DNA of 63,979 bases, counting the filler, from Octopus bimaculoides (Eukaryota), in NCBI RefSeq assembly GCF_001194135.2. It is 4 parts of 4 records of this genome, joined end to end, with 100 filler letters (N's around TTAATTAATTAA, not from the genome) between each part and the next. Parts side by side here need not be neighbours in the genome. Positions count along the whole stretch, not along the records: positions 38,800 to 62,438 come from NC_068981.1; positions 62,539 to 63,979 come from NW_026297840.1; 2 more parts are not named here. One strand, written 5' to 3'. The notes beneath the pieces were generated by a model. It was not told the DNA's origin, searched no databases, and saw only the letters and a program-made list of their open reading frames with translations. The translations under genes and the position numbers were made by a program. Positions 51,567 through 63,979 of the stretch are shown in pieces. How positions within the stretch are numbered: the stretch's first letter is position 1; every line of letters begins with the position of its first letter.

Positions 51567-53754
51567 ATGTATATATATTAACGCAAACATACTACACATA
51601 CGATAGATGTCTATATATATATATATATATATATGCATGAACTCATAAATATGTATGCAGACATGCGCACATATACGTATTCATGCATGTATATATGTAT
51701 GCATGTATATGACGACTAATTTTCTTCCCTTAACTAATGCTGTCAAGGCAATTTTAATTTCTAAATGACCTAGATTACTTCGTGAAAATTAGTTTAACCT
51801 ACTTTTGGGAAGGATAGCAACCAAACTATTGTTTATTTTCCTCATCAAAATTTTCAATAATCTTCATTGCGAACTGTTCGAAAGTAACGGACAGTTAATG
51901 GAATTATTTAAAGGAAGATGCATTTTCAAGCACTACTACGCCTTGGTCAAAAACATCTTTTATTTTTTAATCCATTTTGCAGAAGAGACAAATTAAAACG
52001 TTTAGTAAAGGAGTGGGCTTTCATTTTCATCTGCTAGTAAGACATTTCATGAAAGTTTTGGATTTTAAAAACTGTTATTTTGTTCAGTTGTGTATGCTAT
52101 ATATAGCTAGTTGGCTGAAATAAATGTAACCACTTATAATGCAGTGTTTAATGACTATAGTCTGTATTATTCTAGTGTTGTCTGATTAAAATCAGAATAT
52201 AATTGAAATAGTGTTCAAGGTTTTGCTTTTGTTTATGATATCATAAGGAACAGAGAGTCTAATCGACATATTTGAGACATCAGTTGTCTTGACTAAAGGA
52301 TGCATTTCTAGTAATATTTCTGTAACATCACAATTGAGTTCCATCACATAAAACCGATTGTTCTATTGGCTACCAACAAAGGATTATTGAAAAAAATAAT
52401 TCATGAATTATGGAAGTCCAAATTATGACATGATTTTCAGGAGCGCCTTGCTTTCGTATTTCGAAGTATGCCTGTTTAATATAAATACGATTTTGTTACA
52501 TACAGTTGTTAACAATATCTTCGTTAGGCATTCGAGTTCAAATTAGATTTCGACGTATTGGTCACTGGTTTATTACAAGTCAACAATACATGCATAAATA
52601 CGTACATGCATACTTACATACATACACATGCATATATTCATACATACTAATTTTTACAATGCGCAATTGCTCACACACATAAACAGATTTAAAATACACA
52701 CACATACACGCAAACACATTCATATGATTCTGAGTCCAAATGTATTAATAATTTCTGATAATATCCGCTGGCATATAGTAGGATATAAACTAAAAACGTT
52801 TATATAGCGATGAACAAGTATTTCTATAGATGCATACATTTTGTATGTACTCCTAATTTTAATATTTCTTGTATATAAGTTGTAGTTTTGCTATGCACAT
52901 TTACAAAGTGTGAAGGACAGTAATCAATAACTACGTTCAATCAAGTAAGGATTAGAACAAATCCCTTTGGAGAACATTCAGCATTTCCTTTTCCCCTAAC
53001 AGCTGGGAATCGAAACCAATTCTTTCATTTCTGGCTCATCTCTAGAATAAATCCCATTTCTTCAACATAGTACCTTCCGCTCTAAAATTACACGCCATGT
53101 TACGCATATAATCATATAAATTGTATTACAATCTAGCTCTAGTTCAGTATTCTATCTCGTTATGTATTAACATTTCCATATTTAATAACGCGAAATCATT
53201 TTCCCAGTCCCTTAGGAAATAATCAATTGTTTTATTCCTAACTGTTCGAATGTTTAATACCTAGGAACATGAAAGTATTACCGAAACTTGATGAAACGTG
53301 ATCGTCTTTTGAAGTTGAAGCATGTGTCAAGCAAATAATTAAGGCAACCAAACAATTGCAACAGAGGTATCTAAATCAGTTTATATAATTTTCTTTGTAT
53401 TGATGTTAAAACCCCTAAGAAGTTATGAACGTCTTTATTATGTTCTCTATCACCTGAAACGTGCATGCTTTTATATTTTATACTAATGGAACTTGGTTAA
53501 TAATACATGTGTGTGTGTGTGTGTGTGTGTGCTTGTCTGTATATATGTATATATGTATGTATGTATGTACGTACACACTAGGATCTAATCAACTCGTTCT
53601 GCACGAAACATTTGACTGGAATGAGAATTTGAACGGACAACGTATACGGACGTGACTAAATACCGCTTGGTACTTGGTTAAGTAATCTATTAATGCTGGT
53701 ACTCATCGTACTGTATCGGCCGTTATTTTGCTTGCAGTCGTCGTTGTTGTTGTT

Positions 53755-53813
<59 letters not shown>

Positions 53814-54229
53814 TATTGTTTCACGGTGATATTGTTTGTAATGCTATTGCTCCCTTTTGACAATAATGTTTTTGTTCTTTAGCCCGGATTGTCTAGATCT
53901 CCATAACGACATTGAAGCAACCACTGTTTCGACTTTTATTTTCATATTTGGAACTACAATGCCTACTGTGTACTTCCATTTTCGTTTTAAGTTGTGTGTG
54001 AATTTAGTTATATTTTCTTGCTATTACTTAGAGGAAAATCTTTCGTATAAGGGGCAATTAGGTCTTCAAGTGTAGGCTGCAAATTATTATCTTTGAATAG
54101 TTATCACATTGACTGCATACCTTTAAAAGTAGGGAAAAGCTAACCTAGATACAATTACTTAGAAATCCACTTATAAATATTGTTGCGTAGCGACATTTCA
54201 AGAAACATGCAGTAACACGTTATAAATGC

Positions 54230-55240
54230 GATTTAAGGCTGCAATGATTTTTTAAATTTATAATACTGTAAAAAGATACCTACACACGTATCATATAAAG
54301 TGTATCCTGAGTACTGAATTCGCAAACTCCTTATCAATATGTCATATATGTTCTCTTTCTCTTGCATTTTTCTTACCACATTGGTGTGCAGATAGCAGCT
54401 GATTTCCACATCAAATGTAAATTCTGAGTTGTCCCACACAACAATATCTGGTTGATTCTGTTTGAAATAGGTAGTGGATTCAAATGTTAGGATTCACCAC
54501 TACTCTTTTGACACATCGGTCTGAATATTGTCAACTTCGTTTTCTTTTTTGTGATTCATATTCCAGACAGTTCTGGAAACCGCATCATGCCTTATGTAAA
54601 GATAATATCTGTGAAGACGCGTCGCTTAGTGGTTAGGGCATTCGGCTCACGATCGTAAAGTCGTGAGTTCAATTCCCAGCGACGCGTTGTGTCCTTGAGC
54701 AAGACACTTTATTTCACGTTGCTCCAGTCCACTCAGCTGGCAAAAATGAGTAGTACCTGTATTTCAAAAGGGCCAGCCTTGTCACACTCTGTGTCACGCT
54801 GAATCTCCCTGAGAGCTACAAGAAAGGTACACGTGTCTGTGGAATGCTCAGCCACTTGCACGTTAATTTCACGAGCAGGCTGTTCCATTGATCGTATCAG
54901 CTGGGACCTTCGTCGTCGTAACCGACGGAGTACTCCCCCAGATATTATCTAGGAGACCTCTCGCAGTTGGCAATAAATTATTGATGTTTTCAATCATGAC
55001 CTTCCACAGCCTACATTTGTTGTAGTCGATGTGTTGTCTTTTTAAATTCTAGATTCTTGGAGGAGGATCTCTACTTCTTGAATTGCACGGAGGTAGCCTT
55101 CAAAGTGGGACATATGTAGGTAGGTCTGCAGCGTATTTTGAAGCTGAAAGCCTTCATAGACTCATAGTTTCGCGGAACCAGTGATCACTCGGAAATGAAC
55201 GTCTTGAACAATATCTTTGCTGTCCGAGGAAATTTTTCGA
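54230..55240 (-). mobile_element. Decayed RLE LINE 3' region interrupted by a SINE
   Basis: SHFEGYLRAIQEVEI...NKCRL...ENIN...[SINE]...RYYLYIRHDAV...KQNQPDIVVWD...VEISC.L.TNV..K..EK..IY..LIRSL...YSGY. Confidence 0.75.
54611..54939 (+). mobile_element. Full-length SINE family C with 11-bp TSD (1 mismatch)
   Basis: A box TAGTGGTTAGG, B box GAGTTCAATTCC; AGATAATATCT 54600-54610 and AGATATTATCT 54940-54950. Confidence 0.9.
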
Positions 55241-55399
55241 GTACAATGTTTTGAACGCATGTGCGTACAATCACGACCGCCACCGTCTCATACGCATATA
55301 TGTCTGCTTGTATATGCTGGGCAGAAAAAGTAAGAGAAATTTAACGCAATACATCAGTATATATATATATATATATATNNNNNNNNNNNNNNNNNNNNN

Positions 55400-55436
<37 letters not shown>

Positions 55437-55953
55437 ATATATATACATACATATATAGGAGATTCATGCAGGCTCATTCAATATAATTAGATATGTGCTA
55501 TGCGTTAGGGGTAGACAGTTTATTAACTTTCTCCCGATTAAAAAAATATACATACATATATACATATATATACATATATGTGTATGTATGCATACATACA
55601 CACACATACATACATACATACATACATACATGCATGCATACATACATACAAATATTTTCTCTTACGCCTAAAAACCGCAGCTGACTCACGAACTAACAAC
55701 ACACATACCTTGTGTATGCGTGTTCGATTTTGTCCATATATATACATACATACATGCATACATACATACATGCATGCATGCATACATACATCCATGTATA
55801 TATGTTTGTGTCTGCGATGGATGTGTGTTGTCATTTCGATTTTTCTTTGTTTCTATATATCTGCCTTTAAGTAGTTGTGTGTTGACACGTATAGACACAA
55901 ATGTCTAAATATACACTTTTCTGAAGAGGAGCTGAATTTATATTTGTTTCGTG

Positions 55954-56208
55954 TCATTCCTTGAACTCAATGAAAATACTACAATGAAGACAGATAGTAT
56001 TTTGATTAGTAATTTCGTAGTGACCACCACATGGCTTCCGTATAATGAAAGTCTTTAATGTATTGACATAAATAACAACTAAAGTCGTTATCTCTTCCTG
56101 ATGGTGAATTGTTGTTCCTTCATCGATTATAATGAGAAAGTTTTCTGAAGTCAATGTGTGTTGTAGTCGATTAATTAATGGCATTAGTACTTCAGAGTAA
56201 AATTTCAC
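55954..56208 (-). mobile_element. Possible hAT-type transposase remnant
   Basis: FLIIIDEGTT......LVVIYVN resembles the hAT first catalytic motif (S.IIDESTD...L.IYVR); single motif only. Confidence 0.25.
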
Positions 56209-57883
56209 CTAAGTTATCTCCCGATAATGAAGTTTTTATGATAGTGGAATACTAACATTGAAAGAATATAATCCTCGCTGAAGCCGGAAACGAACTGACA
56301 TTTCTTTGACAGTTGCTGGATTTAAATTAATCTATCTTCTAAATACAGTAAACAAATTTTACATTATTTCTGACAGAAGTATTATACACCGCAACAAAAA
56401 CTTTAAACGGTTAAGCTTTATTTAATGCTTTCAAATGAAGATACACTAATGCTTAAGTTAAAAATGAACTTGATTTCCCTTTCCAATGCCAGATAGACTA
56501 TCAACCGTGATTTTGGTGATACTAACAAACATTTTAATTTATTTGGTCGGCTTATTACTGTCTGGTACTCGTAACATTACTTGATTAAATTCGTTGTGTT
56601 TTAAACTCTTCATATCTAAATTGAAAATAATTACTGCTTTGACCCAAGAATAAACACTTTTGTCGTAGTTGCAGGACTGTGAGTGTACGAAAATGTAAGT
56701 ATTTCACGAGTTTCAACCGGACACATGTGATCACTATCTTTTTTTAATGGAACAATATGTTTTGTCACAAAAAAAGCATCAAATAAGTTACTATAACTGT
56801 AGGATAAATGCCTTTACATATGAACATGAGAAAGAAAATTCGATAGTATATGAGCGTGAAGGCATAAAAGATAATCCTTTTTTTATGTAATCTCCTTCCC
56901 TTTAGGTTTCTTTTCTATTCGCAGACAACTTCAAAGTGATAATCACACATGTATAAATCGTACTTCATCACTGTTCAGCATAGGATATCGGTATATCGAA
57001 TTCTCTGAACAGGAAATCCAGTTTCTTAGATGTTGCTTAAGCTGTGGAGATTAAGGTCCGTTTGCATTGATGTCTATGGCGAATATTATTTAAAGGATTT
57101 CTTGTTACATAATATGGTCTCAGATGAGTGCTGACCAAATGTATTCCTGAAATATCTATCATCAAATTTTTGCTATTTCATTTCAAATACAACAGAAAAA
57201 TCTCTGAAAATGTCGACTAGAATATTTTATTTTGAATTTTAAATAATTGCTTGATATAAAGGCTATTGTGTAACTCCACATGTTTCAATTTACCAAGATG
57301 ACATTTAGATATCAAATATAGAACAAGTCGATGTCAAGGCGAAAGAAAAGAAGAAATCGATTAGATTAGCAATGATTTCTTTGATGGAGTTTGAAGTAAT
57401 ATATCTTGCGAAGGCTTAGATATTTCATAAAAATATGAATGTTTCCGACTAAAAGTAACAAGAACAGCAAAACGAATTGCTCACTCAATTTAATGAAATA
57501 GACACAGCCGGCTTTCACTATTCGCATTTATAAATCTCGTACTGGCATTCGTGGATTAATAACTTCCCATTTAAAACAAATTTGTCAAAATTTTATTATA
57601 GAATACGAAAATATAAGTAAGAAATAAACATGTCATTCAGTAGGGGGAGTACAATAAAGTAAAATTTCCTCCTCAGATATGCTCTAGTCAGGAAATATTT
57701 CACTTGACCCGGTTTTCAAGAAAGGTAATATCATCAACAGTATTAACGGAAGTCCCACTTATAACACTGTGCTTTATTCTGAGAAAGAAAAAAGCAAATG
57801 TAATAATGAATGAAAGTCTACGGAGCAGTCGGTATTAGGTACTTCAAATGATGTAAATATTTATTAATATCATTAGATAATAT

Positions 57884-58081
57884 AAGGCGGCATGCTGCGC
57901 CGGAAAAGATGCTTAGAGGCGTTTCTTCCAATATTGCATTCTGAGTTCAAATGCCACCGAGTCGACTTTGCCTTTTATCATTTCGAGGTCGATACAATAA
58001 GTACGAGTTGAAGTCTGGGGTCGATGTACTCATCATATACAGAACACCCAAATTCCTTGCCTTGAGCCAACATTTGAAACC
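57884..58081 (+). mobile_element. SINE family A copy
   Basis: AAGGCGG...TTCTGAGTTCAAAT...GTCGACTTTGCCTTT.ATC...GGGGTCGATG...CCAAACATTTGAAAC. Confidence 0.85.
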
Positions 58082-59789
58082 AATATCATTAAATCGTTTT
58101 TACCAAAGGAGTGGCCCTTTTTAAAGGAAAGGAATCGCATTCAAATTTATCCTTGGATTAAGAGTATGTTTTAAGAATACCTTGAACAAAGAATAGGTAT
58201 AACACACAAATATGCATATATTAGTTTCTGACAGATGTAGCAGATAAGTTGGATACACTACTAGAAATGTGAGGAAGGAATAAAAACTGTAACGCTATAA
58301 TTAAAGAAGAATGTGATTAAGTGTTAGACGACGGATAATTGTTAACATTTGCAAAACACTTATTCAAAAGTGTCTCGCAGACTGGTCTCTTATATCAAAT
58401 CATACGAAAGATATTGCTCATAGATATGTGTGTAACAAGGTAACATATATTAATGATAGAACATGCGCACAGATTTTCATAATAAATACACAAAACCTAT
58501 CTTAATTATATTGCTTCCATTATACAAGAGAACTTCGGTCAGGATTGAGGAAATTATCACTCACGTTCTCTATCTCTCTCCATGCAGTGTGTGTGCATAA
58601 ATAAATATAATTAAATAATTAAAGTATNNNNNNNNNNTATATATATGCATACATATACATGTATGTATTTATGTATATGTATGTATATGGATATGGAATT
58701 ATATCTATGTATATGTATATGGGTGTATGTATGTATATATATAATACCTACTAAGAAATAACTTTGGGTTTCAACACTTCCAGCTTGAATAAAATATTGA
58801 ATCATGTTTATGTGTTCATAATAATTTGTACTTGTAAGACGTATGTTACTGCATCAATTTGTACACTCGACTCCATAGTGTACATCGTTATATTTGTATA
58901 TGTTAAATCAAAGACTATTGATTTAAAAATTATATTGTCTTTTTCGCCAACTGTCTTGTTTCCATTTATATGACATCTTTATAAATGATATAATGGCATA
59001 TATAAATATATATATGTAAATAAATACATGTACATATATATATATATATATATATATANNNNNNNNNNNNNNNNNNNNNNNNNNNNNNNNNNNNNNNNNN
59101 NNNNNNNNNNNNNNNNNNNNNNNNNNNNNNNNNNNNNNNNNNNNNNNNNNNNNNNNNNNNNNNNNNNNNNNNNNNNNNNGTGTGTGTATGTGAGTTTGTG
59201 TGTGTACATACGTATATATATATATATATATATATATAAGTATGTACATATATATATAAAAATATATATATATGTATGTATATGTGTGTATGCGTCTATT
59301 TATGTATGCATGCACAAGGACATACACAGACATAAACTCAGTATTAGAGGTAAACATAATATATATATAAAAAAGGCGAAAATATTTTAGATAAGAAGGG
59401 AAAGAATTTTTGTAACTTTTCACTATATATCTCTGTCTTGCACTACAAGTTATCTATTACATTTTACGCAACACAGTTGTAAATAACAAGTAAACTGTTT
59501 TGAACGCTAAATAGATGTATAGGTAATAGAATGAGTGAAAGTATTGGGACATATAAATACTATTTCTGTCAATTATTTTCCAGTATTTATTTCCTCTGGT
59601 GTATTCAGAATGATGAGGTAATATTTTTTTCCATCCTCATTTTACAGAAACACGATTATCAATGGTACTAATATCGAGATTGTTGTCATCGCCACTATAA
59701 AAATCAACAGACAGGTTAATATTATGTTTACAATCAGAACCATTTCTTTGTTGAACATGTACGTCCTATTGTCAATTTTAGTCGGCAAC

Positions 59790-60055
59790 AACCACCATTT
59801 CAGTGAAGGAAGCTCAACTTGGGTGCTTTTTCTGCTAGAAATAGCAGTTACATCACTCTCAAAGTATAGTGTACTCTCTTAATCAAGGAAAGGACACATT
59901 GGATAATGCAATCTGAAGCGTATCACTAAAAAGAAAGAAAGGAAAACGGAATAGCCATGACTGGAGACATTTTAATCATTAAGTTTGCTTAAGTCAGAAT
60001 TGATCTGAATTTCAAAAACATCAATAACAGCAACAATAACAACAACAACAACAAG
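59790..60055 (+). mobile_element. Dispersed repeat family D ending in (CAA)n
   Basis: GCTAGAAATAGCAG...AAGGACACATTGGATAATG...GCCATGACTGG...ATCAT then an AAC-rich tail. Confidence 0.55.
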
Positions 60056-61260
60056 ACCAAATACTACCACCACAGGCGACAACAGTAACATTGAAGTAAA
60101 GAAGTAACTTCTACGAGATCAGTAGCTTTACTAGAAGTAACAATATCATTCAGATTACTCCAAAACAGGCGGACTAACATTCGTTAAAGAAGAAAGGCAT
60201 TTGAAAAATAAAGAAGACTATGCTTCGGTATATTTACCGAAGACTTGGAGAAGACAGTATTATCGGCATGAAGTCCTTTTCCACTCATGGCGGCTACACC
60301 ACACTTCAAAGGCTTTCCATTCCATTCCATTCAACAACAGCAGAAGCAACACCAGAATCAATAACAATGACAGAAACTGTAACATCCCCAACACGAATCC
60401 TAACATCAGCCATAACCAGCTGTTACTGTGGCCAATTCTGTCACAAATATTACATCATTAAAGCTACTAACAATCCGCTCTATCACAGAAACCTCAATGA
60501 TGCTAATATCGTCAGTATTACATGTTATGACAAAACTTATCACCGTGGTACCGGTACGAAACCCACAGCACCATCCATAAGCAGTATTAGGTAAATGTAC
60601 ACCACCACAAATACCACTACCAGAACCATCAGGAATAATACAGTTGGCATTAATATCTCGTTAAAAGCCTCAATTAGCTCTGACAGTAGCAATATAACAC
60701 ATCATCACCTCTCTCAGAAAGAAGTCCATATTGAAATTGCTACCCACTTAATAGTAACTTTTCAGCACCAAAGCAAAACCCATCATAGCGTCACCACCAT
60801 AACCATTGTCACCAGATCCATCAAATCCCCTATCTGATCCAACTATATCACTACCACAAAATCACTACCACCAGTTCAACAGGCAATCACTTCAGCAATA
60901 ACTACGACTAACATCATTACAAAACTCATTTTCCAGCAAAATTTACCAGTAAATCCAGTCCCTGCGACTTGCAACATTATAAATTCTCTATCACCAACAC
61001 CACCTGTCTCACCAATCACCACTCCCATGCACAACCCATATATTCCATTCTCATCGTCCCAGAAGACTTAAATTTTAGCAAGCAATTAAATACCATTAGA
61101 AAAGAAAAACATCAACAACACCAGCAATATCAGCGCTATCACCAACTCAAATGCTAGTACCATTATCACAGATATCAGTTTCAGCATCAACTTCATCATA
61201 ACTTCATCACAACCACGATCATGAAGCATAACCAATCATCACCGCCAAACACTACCAGCA
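60056..61260 (+). repeat. Cryptic A/C-rich trinucleotide-periodic low-complexity region
   Basis: Strong strand skew; ACC/ACA/ATC/AGC triplets; Thr/Ser/Ile/Asn-rich reading frames with scattered stops. Confidence 0.6.
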
Positions 61261-61325
61261 TTAGCAGGTTTTATAGCTATTTCTATCGAATACATATATG
61301 TATGTGCATTTGTGTGTGTGTATTA

Positions 61326-61439
<114 letters not shown>

Positions 61440-62538
61440 GCGTGTGTGTCTATGTTTGTGTTTGCATGTGTGTGTGTATGTGTGTTAATGTGTATGCATG
61501 CATATATATATTTATGAGCGCGAAACAAGGCCTCCAGTGGACTAACAGAATGAATGGAAAGTCCATTTTGCAGAGTGTAGCTATAGGGCAGTGAACATGT
61601 GAAATCCCATGTGATAATACTTCATCTAGATAGAAGAAAGCTATCATAATAGATGTATCTAAAAGGAGAAAAAAAAAAGCAGCAGAGAGAACTTTTTGCA
61701 TATAGTTATACAGAGTCACCAACATGTAATATAATGAAACAATTTATCAAAACGATCTATACATACATACATAATCACGAACAAGACAAGTAATTCACAC
61801 GCTAGCGTAGTGATACACGGCAAGACATATACATAGGTACATACAAACAAGTATGCGTACATATAAAGATATGTAGTTGCACTAGGTGAGTGAGGGAGAG
61901 AGAGAGAGAAGGGGGGAGGAAGAAAGAGAAAGAGATAGGGAGAAGGAGATTCAAACGAGTGTAATCAAAGATAATGTTTGGAAGTTCATATCTGGATTAT
62001 ATGTATATTATATACACACATACAAATATAAAATCCAATAAAGGTACTAATGTTAGAATTTTTATGATTTTCTTCAGGGAATATTATTATTGCTATACAA
62101 GACCTTGGAGAATCTGGTGCGATTCGAAACGCTCATGCTTTCATGGTTAATATACTCCAAATGAAATTGTTATAAACTACACAGCAAAATGCATTTTGAT
62201 GTGTCGTTAATAATGTTGTATCATTTACCTTCTTAGTCATCAGATTAAAAGCACCATATATATGTTTATATGTGTGTGTTGCTTGCTGTTTTTCTGTACT
62301 ATGTACGATTTTATGTATATAAGAGTATGTGTATGTGTGTGTGCGTGCGTGTCTGTGTGTATACATGCATTATACATACCCACCTATCTATTTCTCCCAA
62401 CCAACATGTATGTGTGTATATATATATATATGTATATANNNNNNNNNNNNNNNNNNNNNNNNNNNNNNNNNNNNNNNNNNNNTTAATTAATTAANNNNNN
62501 NNNNNNNNNNNNNNNNNNNNNNNNNNNNNNNNNNNNNN

Positions 62539-63965
62539 TGAACCCGACGGTAGTGGGTTATAAATATTTGGGGATTTTGGAGCTGGATGACATTTTACAT
62601 AGAAACATGAAAGTCAAAGTCAGCGAGGCGTATCGAATAAGGGTGAAGATGGTATTGAAATTGAATCGGAATGTCAAAAATTTGATTGCCTTAATGAATA
62701 TTTGGACAGTTGCGGTGATCAGATATAGTGCGTCCATACTCAAATAGACTAAGGAGGAAATATCAACACTGGATATAAGAACGAGAAAGTTGATGACGCT
62801 GCATGGGGCGCTGCATCTTAAGGCAAACATAAACAGACTGTATATGAAAAGAAAGAATGGTGGCAGAGAACTAATTTAGTATAGACTATTGTATAAGAAG
62901 TGAAAGGAGAACGCTTGCCGAGTACTTCATAAACAGAGATGAAGNNNNNNNNNNNNNNNNNNNNNNNNNNNNNNNNNNNNNNNNAAAATGATGGGCAACG
63001 AAGAGTTTAACCAAAGAGCTGAGGAGAAAAGAAAAGAAGACCTTGAAATCAGAATACATGGACAGTTTGAAAGGAATGCACAAAACGTTAAGGAAAATAC
63101 AGCATTGTGGACATGGCTTGAGCGAGGTGATCTGAAGCGTACCACCGAAAGCCTGATCATTGCTACACAAGACTAGGCTCTCGCAAACAGTTCAGTGAAG
63201 TATAACATCTATAAAACAGTTTCTGTGGAAAGAATGTGGAAAATGTGACCCACTTGGTAAGTGGATGTGAGNNNNNNNNNNTGGAAAGAATGTGGAAAAT
63301 GTGACCCACTTGGTAAGTGGATGTGAGAACCTTGCGCAAAAAGAATACAAGCGGTGCCATGATAAAGAGTGTGTGTATCTTCATTGNNNNNNNNNNCTTA
63401 TGCCATAAAAACCAATATGAAGTAACAGAGAACTGGTATGAGAATGTACTAAGTAAATTTATGCAGGAGGATCGAAAAGTAACGATACTCTGGGACTGTG
63501 ATTTTCAGCCGGATCGAGTAATCGAACACCGTCGCTGGGTATTGTGATATTGAATAAGAGAGACAAATACTGTCAGATCATTGATGTAGCCATACCNNNN
63601 NNNNNNAAATACTGTCAGATCATTGATGTAGCCATACCAAATGACATGAATATTGTAAGTAAAGAGGTTGAAAAATCCACCAAGTACTACGAAATGAAAG
63701 TGGAAAAGGCAAGACTGTATGAAATGCGAGCGGGTAATATAAAAGTGATACCAGTGGTGATCGAAGCTTTAGGCTCAATCCCATTGAAAGTGCAAGACTT
63801 CTTAAGGCAACTGGAAATCCCATGCAAGATTGATGTCTTGCTAAAGCAGCCTTATTGGACACAGCACACGTTTTAAGGAAAGTATTATCTGTCTCAGGTT
63901 CTTCTTGTGACTTGACAGATGACTAAAGACTCCCGTGCATTGTTATCTACACTGCATCACGAATT
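62539..63965 (+). mobile_element. R4/Dong-like RLE LINE 3' half (RT thumb, zinc knuckle, PD-(D/E)XK nuclease, 3' UTR) ending in (TAA)n
   Basis: YKYLGILE, N.W.VAVIRYSA, LDIRTRKLMT.HGALH, RLY.KRK.GGR.L, HGQF, WL.RGDLK..TESLI.A.QD, V.HL.SGC..LAQKEYKR.HD, ILWD, IIDVAIP.D, VIPVVI.ALG; many stops and gaps. Confidence 0.92.
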
Positions 63966-63979
63966 AATAATAATAATAA

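Noticed and set aside
53270-53390. MKVLPKLDET-TGA-SSFEVEAC... as a possible selenocysteine readthrough
   Set aside because: No selenoprotein similarity or nearby SECIS; short frames with one TGA are common.
54617-54687. tRNA-like fold with a perfect 10-bp terminal stem and CAC-centred loop
   Set aside because: T-stem pairs poorly and the sequence continues into a SINE body with a TSD; a SINE head, not a tRNA gene.
63229-63640. Direct repeats around 10-N gaps in the terminal LINE (GAAAGAATGTGGAAAATGTGACCCAC..., AAATACTGTCAGATCATTGATGTAGCCATACC)
   Set aside because: Overlapping contig ends duplicated across placeholder gaps.

Overview
AT-rich eukaryotic non-coding DNA from a draft short-read assembly (about 7.6 kb, ~12%, is N, mostly next to microsatellites). 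The SINE families and very high microsatellite density point to a coleoid cephalopod, most likely Octopus (inference from recalled repeat families, not a database match). No host protein-coding exon could be identified with confidence, and most ORFs in the supplied track are microsatellite or gap artefacts. Supported content: a near full-length decayed mariner (TIRs, TA TSD, D34D), a Tc1 (D34E) fragment, a second mariner end, an RTE LINE split by a 275-bp foldback/MULE-like MITE with a 9-bp TSD, four R4/Dong-like RLE LINE fragments, two Penelope-like fragments, a Helitron helicase C-terminus missing from the ORF track, and many copies of about four SINE-like families. Best hunt results: (1) several type I hammerhead-ribozyme-like relics with palindromic stem III, one with an unusual 61-nt stem II, each departing from the canonical core or helices at one or more positions; (2) repeated association of RLE elements with (TAA)n arrays; (3) a CpG-rich promoter-like island with CRE, YY1 and CDE/CHR-spaced motifs. 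None of this proves a new biological system; activity and expression cannot be shown from sequence alone.
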